Source of the DNA: Narcine bancroftii
Lineage: Eukaryota
Reading direction: 5' to 3'
DNA: 64,000 bases
NCBI RefSeq assembly: GCF_036971445.1
Contig: NC_091476.1
Location: 27,590,001 to 27,654,000 of the forward strand
The translations under genes were made by a program, and so were the position numbers. The notes below the pieces were generated by a model that saw only the letters and a list, made by a program, of their open reading frames with translations, was not told where the DNA came from and did not search any database. Shown one piece after another: positions 46,547 through 58,500 of this stretch; the first letter of the stretch is position 1, and every line of letters begins with the position of its first letter.

Positions 46547-49500
46547 CTGCAAGAGAGAAGGTTTGGACTATTCATTGAAAATTATTTTTCTTCTGATTTT
46601 CAATCTGTTGAAACGAATCATCTACCAGGAGAACATTTGCTTTGAAGTTGTAACAGGAGGTCTGAGTTTCCAATACCTTGAATATCTTCAGTTATGCAGG
46701 TTAAAGCAATGGTTCTCAGACTTTTTCTTTCCACTCACGTACCACTAAGTATTCCGTATGCCATAGGTTCTCCGTGATAAGTAAGGAATTGCTTAAGTTG
46801 GTATGTGAATGGGAAAATCACTATCAATCGTACCCAATTGCCTTGTTATGTGCACGATTTCATAACTCCAAAGGAAATAGGCCAATTACAATTTTTCTCA
46901 TGCAAAATATTTCAGTAACAATTGGGACTAGAGCAGTGATTCTCAACCTTCCCTTCCCACTCACATACCACCTTAAGCAATCCCTTACTAATTACAGTGT
47001 TCTGATGGCATAGGGATTATTTAAAGTGATATGTGAGTGGAAATAAAAAGGTTGAGAACCACTGAGTTAAAGTATTCTATGTAATGATATATGCTGGACA
47101 CATTATTGGCCAAATCATGCAAGGTTTGGAGTCACACTAATATTTTGAAAGGCCTCAGATTTGCAGCACCCTAAGAGAGGGTGAGCTGAAACCAGTCTCG
47201 AGGCCTGTCAAGTTGTTCAAGGTAACTTTCAGCACAGAAACAGGTTGCTCAGGCCATCACGTCCATGTCAACGAACTTCTCAGTGAGCTATTGCCATTTT
47301 CCTGCATTTGGCCTATATCCCTCTCAGCCTTTCCTGTCCAAATAGCTTTCTAAATAACAAACGTTTTAACTGTTTCCGCCCTCCTCAGCTTCCTCTGGCA
47401 GCTCATTCCATATGCACTCCATCCTCTTAAAAAAAAACTCTGGACCCTTACAAATCTTTCCCTCTCATTTTAAATCTATGCCCTCCAGTTCTGGACTCTC
47501 CTATCCTCGGGCAAAGATTGTAACCATTCACCTTATCTTTCATAACTAAAGCCTTCAGACCCAGTAATATCCTTGTGAATTTTTTCTGTATCCCTTCAGC
47601 TTGAAGTAACCAGAACTCTGTGTAAAGCACCAATATCTTGTCCAGTTAAAACATGAGCCCCAACTCCTGCGCTCAGTGATGGAGGCTAGTATGGTAAATA
47701 CAATCATCATTCTATCTATCTGTGCTGCTACTTCCAAGGAACTATGTACCTGTTCAGTCCTAATCTGCCCCTAATCAGTTCTTGGCTATCCTCCTTAACA
47801 CTTTCCTGAACCGTATTCACTTACTGTGCATGTCCTGCTTTGGCTTGACATTCCAAAATGCATCACCTCACATGTATCTGAGGAAAATTCTATCTGTCAT
47901 TCTTTGGTCCACTTTCCAAATTGATCAAGATGCTGTTGTAAACTTAAACAAACTTCTTCATTGCCATTGTGCCACCAATTTTGGAATCAACCACAAACTT
48001 ACTAACCATGTTGACTATATTGTCAGCCGTATCATTAATATAGATGACAAACACCAAGGGACCCAGCACAGATCCCTGGAGCATGCCATTGGTCAGTTCT
48101 CAAATCAGAAAAATTAACCCTCCACTACCACTCTCTGACTCTTTCCACCAAACCATTTTTTGAGCCAATTGGGTAGCTCATTCTGGATTTAACCTGGACT
48201 AGTCAACCATGTGGGACTTTTTCCCCAAAGTCTTTGCTAAAGTAAATAGAGACTACATCCACTCCCATGCCTTTCCCAATCTTCTTGGTGGACTTTTCAA
48301 AAAAGTTCCAAAAAAAAAATAAAATAAAATTGAGATATGCTTTCCCACTCTCAAAGCCATGGTGACTTTCCCTAACCACTCCATGCCTATCCAAATGATG
48401 GCACCCAGTCTCTCTAAATTTCCTCTGGTAACTATATTAATGATTTGGATGGCAATATAGTTAACACAATTAACAAATTTCCAAATGGCCCCTAACTTAC
48501 CGGTGTAGTGGACAGTTACGAAAGATAAAGTTTATAACAGGATCCATATATTTGGGAAAGTGGGCCAAGGATTAGCAAATAGAGACAAATAGGAGGTGTT
48601 GTACAGTGAAATAAAGAAAAATAAAACTGAGCTAAATTTACTTTTAGCATAATGAACTGTGACACAAAACTAAGAAGCCAACTGAGGAAATTAGAGAACA
48701 TCCCTAATGGTGAGTCCAAAGACAGAGGAAAAGACATATGCACCTCAATGCATCCTTCTGCAGGCTGATGTGGCAGCCATCCCTGTAAATATTCCTGACT
48801 GAAATTCTTACCTGTCGTCGCAGGGTTACAATTTCCATTACACTGAAATTTTCAAGTACACCCTCAGGTATAGTGTAATCAGGGGCCATGCTGGAAAAGA
48901 AAACAAAAAAACACACTAGCTTTTTTTTGTTCTTTTCCATGAACAATTGTAATACCTTAAATATTCATACTGAACAGACCACTTCAGATTTCAGTCATGG
49001 AGGATAACAGCAGCATCTTAATTCTAATGAAATCCACTACAACTTGCATCTTTCAATGACAACACACTTATGCTAGAGCATGAATGTACTGCCGTGGTTA
49101 TATTGCCAGGCAAGTTTGAATCCTATTATGGTTGTTGAGGAAAATACATTGTTAATGATCTGGAGTTGAGGTAATGATGATCACACAACTACCAGATAGT
49201 TTTATATATCTTCAGATTTTGCTTTGAAAGATAAAATTACTTGACCTCATCCCCATCGGTCTATCTGTTGAACCCTACAACAGCATTGTGGAAACAAAGT
49301 CACATCTTCACACTCAGGACACTGTTTATCACAATGTTCGGAATTCCAATCACTCTACACGAAAGGAGCGAAACACGAGTCTGTGGACACCATGATTGAA
49401 GCAAAAACAATGCTGGTGAAACTCAGCAGGTCAAACTGCATTTCATACAGCAAAGGTAAAGATACATAACCAAAGTTTTGGACTTCAATCCTTCATCAAG

Positions 49501-52500
49501 GTATGAGCAAAATTTTTGTTCAGGCGCCTGCCTATATTTTAATCAAACCTTGATGAAGGGCTCAAGCCCAAAATGTGAGCCATGCATCTTTCTCTTTGCT
49601 ATAATAAAGTATGCTGTTTGACCTGCTGAGTCTCTGCAGCATGCGTTTTTACATGCTAAATGTCATTTGCTGAACAGATCTGAAACTTCAAATCTGGACA
49701 TTGCTGAGGCCCTGTGGAAACCAAGCAACAGCAAAATTGTGCACCACTACTCTGTGCAACCATATGGGCTTGCATACACATCACTTTAATCCGACAGTCA
49801 AGCCACCATCAACTCTTGTTCACTGAGGAGTGCAAGAGCACATGCTGGGTGCAGCAGCAAGTGCCAACCTCATGCTGCAACATGGAATGATTTGTGTGGT
49901 AAACAGAAAAAGGTGGCACTTAAGCCATCTTGCATATAATAGATTGACCAAAGTTTTGTCATCTTGTCACATCTCCACAAATGAGGCCAACCTCCCCCCC
50001 CCCCCCACCCCCCCACCCCCGCTTGAGTTGGTCAGCAAAGTTTGAATGCATGGTGGGGACATGTGCGTCGGTCTCAGCCCTCGCCTCGCTGCCAGGCAGA
50101 ACCACTCGCCAGTGGCTGAGTCACTGCTTCCCCTCTGTGGGATGATTGCACAGAATTTGATATCATCAGCTGGTCGGCTCTGACCTGTGTGTCACTGTGA
50201 TACTGCAGTGAGTAGCCTGTTCTTGTATTTCATGCCACTGCTACAATAATGTGATTTATGTTAAGTATCTATTTGATGCAATTTTCCCCACCTCCTCTGT
50301 AATACATATACACACATTTGGTGTTTACAGTGGTGCCTGAGTTTTGTGAATAGAAAGTAAATAAGGGCATGCCACTGATGGAGCATCGTCATTAAGGAAA
50401 GAGGGCGAGGGTTGATGGCGCAGAGTGGGGGGGGGGGGGGGGTGGGGTGAGTTGTGCCAGTGTGCTTGATGCCTCCTGCTTCGCGTAGCGCTCTGATCTG
50501 CCTGGTGTCCAGACTGACAGAGAGGAGAAGAACAGCGGCTCCTGTCACTCTGCAGCCAGTCAGTTACTGTCAGAAGCTTGTTTGGGGAGCGGGACATGGA
50601 GCAGGCAGCCAGCCTTCACAACCATGCTGCTTACCAGGAACCGATTACCCTTTGGAGGGCCATTTATTCCACCTCCCCCCATCAAACAATCCGATCAACA
50701 ACCCATTACCTTGATTCCACCCCCCCCACCCACTTCCTCGTCCACTGACCTGCACAGATAGCAGCCACCCCCATCATGCCCCAAAAAGGTTTCCAAATGT
50801 AGCCAGCTTCCTTCTCTTGGCAGCTCCCTCCATACAACAATCCTCATAGAAGCCTGCTGTTCAGAGAGGAAAGTAAGCCTTGTCTGCTGATGCAGCTGGT
50901 GGAGGCAACGGGGAGCAGGCCGCCGCAGAGAGCTCCGCGCTCATCTCGACCATCCAGTGCCCACCCACTGGCAATGCTATTGCTCTGCTCAACATGGGAT
51001 GAATGGACAAAACAGCTGTCTTAGTCTTCCTTACCCATAATCCCCCTCACAGCTGGAAGTGCCAGGGAAACGCAAAGCGATTCCAGCTGTGAGGGAAATT
51101 GTAGACAAGGAAGACGGCCATTTTGCCAATTCATAATGCATTGTGCAAAGTGCCAGAGCAGCCCGATAAGATGCTGGCATGGAGCAGAGCTCCAGGGCAC
51201 TCGTGAGCCCTGGCAGCGCAGCACTGTACCCCTAGGATGGAGATTCAACATTGGGCTAGGTACTCGGATATTGGGTGGATGAGGAAAGGACAGTGCATAC
51301 CGGTTCTATACCCCACCTGCCATACTCTAGATATGCCCTTGCTAAAACAAAATAAGAACATTTGTACTACAGTGGGCAAAGTCACACCCAGAACTCAGTA
51401 AAGACTTTGAGGCTACAGTAGGCTGGTGCAACCGTTTCATGAACAGAAAAATATGGTATTACACCAAAAAACAAAAATTGCACAGAAACTACAAAAGGAT
51501 CATGATTGTAAAGTTTATTTTATGTAACCATCAGAAAAACAAGTTTGCATTGGCAAATATCGGAAACATGGTGAAACCCCCGTGAATTTTGATATGATAG
51601 GCAATAGAATAATAGAATGGAAGGTTGTTAAAACTGTGCAAACCAGAAGTATAGGCCATGAAAAGACCAGGTTTACTGTGGTGTTATCAGGCATGGCCAA
51701 CAGGATGAAGCTAAGATCTATGGTAATCTTCAAACACAAAATTAAACCTAAAATAAAATTCCCTGCAGGTATTTTTTGTACATTTTTCATGAAAAAGGAT
51801 GGACAAATGAAAACTATGGAGAGACAATGTGTGGAACAGGTGGCTAGGGGGTTTTACGCAAAGAACGGTTTGCTGGTCTTGGATAGGTTTCATAGTCACT
51901 TAACTAAGACAACCAAAAGTAAATTAGCACTGCATAATACTTGCATGACGGTTATCCGGGTGGTTTGACATCTCTATTACAACCTCTCAATATCTGCTTG
52001 AACAAGCCATTCAAACAAAGTCCATGTGTGCAAGGGATGGAATACATGGATATTGAGTGCAGAAAAGTTGTTTACAAAAGGCGTGGCAGTGTGCGCTGCA
52101 TCACTTGATGTGCTGTGTAACTTCACGCTCAAGGCATGGGACAAAGTTAATGTAAAGACTGATAAAAATCTGTGTGTTGTTTTCAGACAATGATTGTGAT
52201 TTTGAAGGGTTCTAATTGTGTTGTTGTTTTCAATAAAAATCTCAATGAAAATCTGTTGCAGTTGTTTTGTTTTTGGATTTTCAAGGGCCGTCTTATACGC
52301 CGGATCGGCGTGGNNNNNNNNNNNNNNNNNNNNNNNNNNNNNNNNNNNNNNNNNNNNNNNNNNNNNNNNNNNNNNNNNNNNNNNNNNNNNNNNNNNNNNN
52401 NNNNNNNNNNNNNNNNNNNNNNNNNNNNNNNNNNNNNNNNNNNNNNNNNNNNNNNNNNNNNNNNNNNNNNNNNNNNNNNNNNNNNNNNNNNNNNNNNNNN

Positions 52501-55500
52501 NNNNNNNNNNNNNNNNNNNNNNNNNNNNNNNNNNNNNNNNNNNNNNNNNNNNNNNNNNNNNNNNNNNNNNNNNNNNNNNNNNNNNNNNNNNNNNNNNNNN
52601 NNNNNNNNNNNNNNNNNNNNNNNNNNNNNNNNNNNNNNNNNNNNNNNNNNNNNNNNNNNNNNNNNNNNNNNNNNNNNNNNNNNNNNNNNNNNNNNNNNNN
52701 NNNNNNNNNNNNNNNNNNNNNNNNNNNNNNNNNNNNNNNNNNNNNNNNNNNNNNNNNNNNNNNNNNNNNNNNNNNNNNNNNNNNNNNNNNNNNNNNNNNN
52801 NNNNNNNNNNNNNNNNNNNNNNNNTCATTGTTCCTGCAACTCCCTGTCTGAACCTTTCCAATTCTCCACAACACTACATCACTGACTCAGAATTAGCCAA
52901 GTCACTGGCTACCACAACCTTCAACAAAACAACCAGTTCTCAGCACTCTTCCTTACCTAGCTGCAGTATTGACCTTGGCTCACTGCAAGCAACTCACTGG
53001 ACTCAGGACTACTTGGTCTTTGCTACCCTCATCAGCATTCCCCTCCCCAACTCTCAGGTTCCTGTGGTTGGGTCAACTGAACATTTCTGGAAGTATTAGA
53101 CACTCACAAAAAGTTTTTTTTAAATATTTTGCTCCACATGAAACAATTAAAATCCATTTACACATCATAAATCAATGTAAATATTTATAACTTGGAATAA
53201 ATAAAACTACTCATCTTTCTCCTGCTGATGGATGCGTCACATTCATTTGAATGGAGCATGCAATGCTTAAGCCAGGTTTAACCAAATGCTGGCTCAGAAG
53301 GCCTGATCTAAAGTTTGAGTGCTGGGAAGAGACTATAATCCTGTTGCTTCATTAGACCATGAGGAGTTCATTGGAAAAGCATGGGGATTGCTGCAGTTGA
53401 GAGTAGTGGGGTAGAAGAAGGCTACACCATTTGCTTAGGCAGCTCATAGATTTTTTTAAAAGAGCATCAAGAATAGAAGCACAGGGAATGCCTAAAGTCA
53501 TAACGTAAAGGTGGGAAGAAAAGATTAATAGAAGGTCTAAGAACATGGTCACAGAAGCAGGTTTTTTGAAATTGAAAAACAATTTATCAGAGAGGAAACT
53601 TCTGCAAGAATACTCCAGATTCATAGCTTGATGTGTCAAGCATGTGCGCCTGAAACTGGGACTGACCTCACAACGTAGCTGGGAGTTCAAAGTATGGTGA
53701 CAATAGGTGGGGGCATAGTGCAGTAAACCTGTGGAGAAAATGTAAACAAGCTTATGAAATAAAAAGGCTATTGAGTTCAGGAAATGGAGACAAAAGATCT
53801 CTTTATTCAAAGCTTATTCTTGTAGAAGTTTCCTCTCTGATAAATTGTTTTTCAATTTCAACATATGTATTTAGAAAATAGCTTTAATTTTTTATCATTT
53901 ATGTTCCTTAAAACAAGTGGTTATGTACATTTTCACTTTCCTTTCAGTCACTGAAATGATTCTTCAAATATCCACAGAAATTTCCAGATTGAATTAAACC
54001 CAGCATTTTAGATTAATCTGGATGCATGCAAGTGCTGTATCTACATAAAGCAGCTTAATTGGTGTACAATTCTGGAAACTAAAGTTCTCAAACACAAGAA
54101 TAAAATGATTAGCATTAAGTGAATTTATCAAGAAAGAAAATAAGCCAAGCACCTTTGATTCCTTGTTTGATTAGGCACATCTAAGTGTGGGCTGCCAGAA
54201 AGGGGCTGATTACGGAACCGATTTCTGAAAGTGGAAAACAAATTAAATGTCTACACAAATATTTTTTAATCACAGTACTTTACATAGGACAAGATCATAG
54301 AATTTAATTATTTCTCCAAATTTTAATTCAATGTTTTTATAAGTATTCTTCACTGGTACAAATTATTCGCCAAGCAGAAATGTTAGCAAAGCAGTTTCTC
54401 TGATATCTTGGAATTTTATATTTTTGCATTCAAAGCAAAGGGAATCTGTAATTTTCCTCGAAAGCAACGCAGTATTTACATTTTTGGATATCTCTCAATC
54501 ACTCATACTATTTTGGGAAGAAAATCCCTCTTCCCTCCCCATTTTCCCCAGTAGATGTGCAAATTCTGTAAGGGAAGTTAATCACAATTCAGCACAGCAG
54601 GACTGAACACAAATGCAAAAAAAAAAACTTTTCCACATTTATATTATTGCTTATATGAGTCTCATGACATTCTACTGTTGGAAAATAAATCAGCTGAAAA
54701 TGTAAAATTTAGAGTGAAAAAGTATTGACAAGTAATATGTGCCAGTACAAAGAACAGACAGCATTATTTAGACGAGACGATTATATTTGGCACAAAATAC
54801 TGATTTTGTTTCTCCAGACTCTATCTCATTTGTCCACCATGTTGTTTTATGGCTAAATCAAAATGGATCCAGTGAAAAAATAAAGCAGATTTGTTTTTGT
54901 GATTTGCATTGGAGGCATTAAATTATTTTGCTTCAACACACCTGACTTCAGCAGAGAGAATTCAGACAGTGTATGGCTTTTAGGCTTCCCCTACTTTTGT
55001 TCAAAGTTTATCTAGATCATGTTAGCTGAAAAGTATACTTTTACAAATTTCAACAAATTATCAAATCAGCTCATTTTTTCCCCAAACATCATTACTTATA
55101 AAACACTAAAAATTGGCAATTCACCTGTTAAAAAGTCATCCTGATAACTATAAAGAGGCTGTTATCCAAACATATGGACAATTACTGTCCATAGGTTAGA
55201 TGAAAATCAAAGAATTAGCTGTTGGTAGGATTTTTTTTTTTAAAGAATAAACCAAGAGGCCTGTTATGGAAGAGCATTGAATCGCTCTTCCAGTTATCTC
55301 TGGCGCCTGATGCCAATTCAAACTAGCCACATGTGCTGATCAATCGTGTATCTGTGAAGATGTTAATGTCATCTATGTACAGGGAGACTTTGCCTAGCGA
55401 AGTCACCTCTCTTATACCCTCATGCTTCCTGATGGATTTAGATAAAGCTCTATGCAGCATGTAAACCACAGGCAACCCTGCCTGAATCCAGACTTTTGGG

Positions 55501-58500
55501 GAAGCTATCGGTTTCTCACTCATTAATTTGAGCTGCACTATAATGTCCATGTGGAGCAGTTGAATCTAATTTCTGGTTCCCATTTTGGAGAGCACACCCA
55601 TCATGAAGGCCTTGTCCTAGCAGTAGTAGTTTATTTATATAGCGCATTTAACACAATGCACGTTGATCTAAAATGCTGAACATACAATTAGGAATAAATT
55701 GGTTACTATCTAAACGATGACAGGCAGCCAAAATACACCAGCATGGGTATCTTTTTACATACACTATCCAACTTAGAACATTAACTATTTAAACGTAACC
55801 CGTTTCTCCAGATCCCAGCAATGAACAGCTTCTCAGTTTCAAATGAACAACAGTGCTACAAAGCCCAGACTTTAAAGAACAAGCAGTGAACACAAATAAG
55901 CCCGGTGGCAATTCCATTTGGTGTAACAAAAAGTCCAACTGCAGCCATCTCAGGGCTGGTTTACCAGCATCGGCAGGCCTTTCAGCTTCAAAAGGGAAAC
56001 TACCAACCAAGTCACAGTTTCTCAAGGCGGCAGAGCAACAGTTCACCTCAAAGCCCCCCGACCTCGGACAATCTGATAGCCTTGAGGCCTCGCGCCTCAG
56101 GTTGACATCGACCATGAACAACATATCCTTCGGAATTTCTCAGGACTAACATTGTTCCACTGCTTTGGTCATATCAGGACACCACCTCTGAATCTGCCAC
56201 ATTGCACCATTTCCACGACCATCAAAGCAGGCAGCACTGGAAGGTCGAGGCCACATACCATGCAATCCCGCAGCTCAGTCTCTTCGTTAGGCCTCACTCC
56301 ATGACCATTGAGTTCAAATCTTGTGGCTTCATCTCAGCGACCCACTCATTGCGTTTCTCCAAAAACTCTTGTCAAATCCAGGTTTGTGCATGGCGTGTCT
56401 ACTTGTTAGTTACAGCAGTCCTGGGATCCAGAGCAGCTGGCTGCTGCGACCACAGTCGCGCTGCCATCTTGCAATGCTACAAGCTCGCACCTGGCCATTC
56501 ACATTCCAGTACTACACATAGGTGATGATATCTTTAATAGTGCAAGGAGGTCAAAGATTCTTCTGCCAGCAATAACACAGGTTTGGTTTGGGTCGATCAT
56601 CTGTCCCAGAGCAGATTTGACTTGATTGCTGATGGCCTTTGACAGGATTTTGTAATCAACATTTAACAATGAAGTGGATTTCCAATTCCTGATATTCTCT
56701 TTCTCCCCATTCAGCTTGTAGTTGAGGAGGAGGAGGATGATGCCCTTCCTAATGGAATCGGACATGCTGCCAGCCAGAAGCATAGAGCTGTACACTTCCA
56801 ACAGGTCAGGGTGCATCCCAGTCCCATAGAGCCATATTCAACACAGTCAGTAAGCAGTCATTTTCGCCTCAAAGGAATAGGTGGACCCATTCAGCTCATC
56901 CAATCAGTGGCTTACAGGCATAAAAGGGTCGACTGATCCTCAGTATGTCTGTCCATGAGGATGTTACCGTCCATTTCTCTCCACTCACTCACTGAAGCCC
57001 TCCAGCTTGTCATTATTTGCTCAAGATTCCAGCATCTGCAGTTCCTGAGTTGGTCAGTTTCATTAACTAATGCATAGATATTTGATAGGATACATATTTT
57101 AAAAGATGACTAGGGCTGATAAGATCAATGAGTAAAAAAGAAACATACTATGTTTATCTAGTTCTTGCGATCCAAAAAATTGTCACAAAATAAAAACACT
57201 TCTTGGGGATTATCATTTACTTAAATAGAAAATATTGGTTACTGAAGATATGAATACTTAATAACAGCAGTATGGTTAGCTTTTTTTCCCCCATACGAAA
57301 CATTCATGAAGTGCACATTTTCTGTGAATTAACAAACAAAATATTGATTGCAGGAAAAAAACAATCAGATGCATAAGTAGTTACTGGAAGACAGTTAACA
57401 TCTAATGATGCAGCTCAGAGGGCTTAATTACAGAAAGTTAGCAGGACATCAACAACATTTTAAAGCTGCACAAGCCAGTTCTGATCACCTGCTTCCCATT
57501 TTCTGATGGAGTGATTCCATTAAGTGCTCGAACAATTTGCGTCCAGCATAACTTAATACATCACGCACATAATAAAATGAAAATAGAGCCTGGCCAGGTC
57601 CAGGTGAAGGGAAGGGAAGCTTTGGAACATTGGAGTGATGATTCCTACAATTTAGATAGAAGCATAGCATTGTTAAAGTAAATGATTCACAAGAGTTCAA
57701 ATAATCTGCAATAATTTTGGTTACAGGAACAATTTCAGGAATGAAATGCATAAACATTAGTCATGAGATACTTAAAAACAAATCCCAGCACAGGAAATGC
57801 CAATCAACCCATTCAATCATTTCCTTCTCTACTATTCTCACTTTTTAATCTTGCATGGTCCGAGCACAGAAATGAAGATCTTAAGTCTTAAAGGAAATAG
57901 TTGCTTAGTGTTCAGTTAACATCTTCAAAGACCTTCGATATCTAGTTGGATAAATAGTTATGGGGCATTTATGATTCTGCTCAAAACAATCTTAAGTCCA
58001 TCGACGTTTACCAGCAGTAGAAAGAAGAGTGCAAATTCGTTAAAGCTTATCCAATGTTGATTTAAAATAAAACTTTACCAATGAAAATTCTACTGAGTCC
58101 AGGAGGTGATCATGAATGATATGGGGGGGGGGGGCTTTGTAGTACACATCACAGCAAGAAATGAGTCTGGGTACACTTCAGATAACCGCCTGTCAATGCT
58201 TGTGCACTGAAATCTCAGGGTAGTGATGCCATCCATGTACTCTGACTATAAATCTGATATCTAACACTGGCATTTTACATACCATATATTTTAGCACACA
58301 AGTGGAGTCTTGAAACACTCAAAAACCACTCAAAAATTAGGGGTCGACTTGCATGCCAGATACAAAAATGAGACCTTAAATTCAACTCAAGAAACAGCTT
58401 GATGTAGATTTAGCATACAAGGTGAAATAAAACACCAAAAAAGAACCCAACCTTCATACTTTCATTGTTTTGGTGGAAGTTCTATGATAACAATCACCTT

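Noticed and set aside
51300-52313. Domesticated POGK-like host gene
   Set aside because: Multiple frameshifts and stops and altered catalytic motifs; a transposon fossil
51977-53099. Long ORFs of 190-294 aa in the ORF track
   Set aside because: Artefacts of translating through the 511-N gap
54941-54991. Possible extra MFF-like minus-strand exon (ag...CAG|gtgtg)
   Set aside because: In the required phase-2 frame it contains a TGA stop
58079-58190. Possible extra MFF-like exon spanning a G homopolymer
   Set aside because: Appears to hit a stop in the required frame, has a weak acceptor and shows no recognisable similarity; a homopolymer error cannot be excluded
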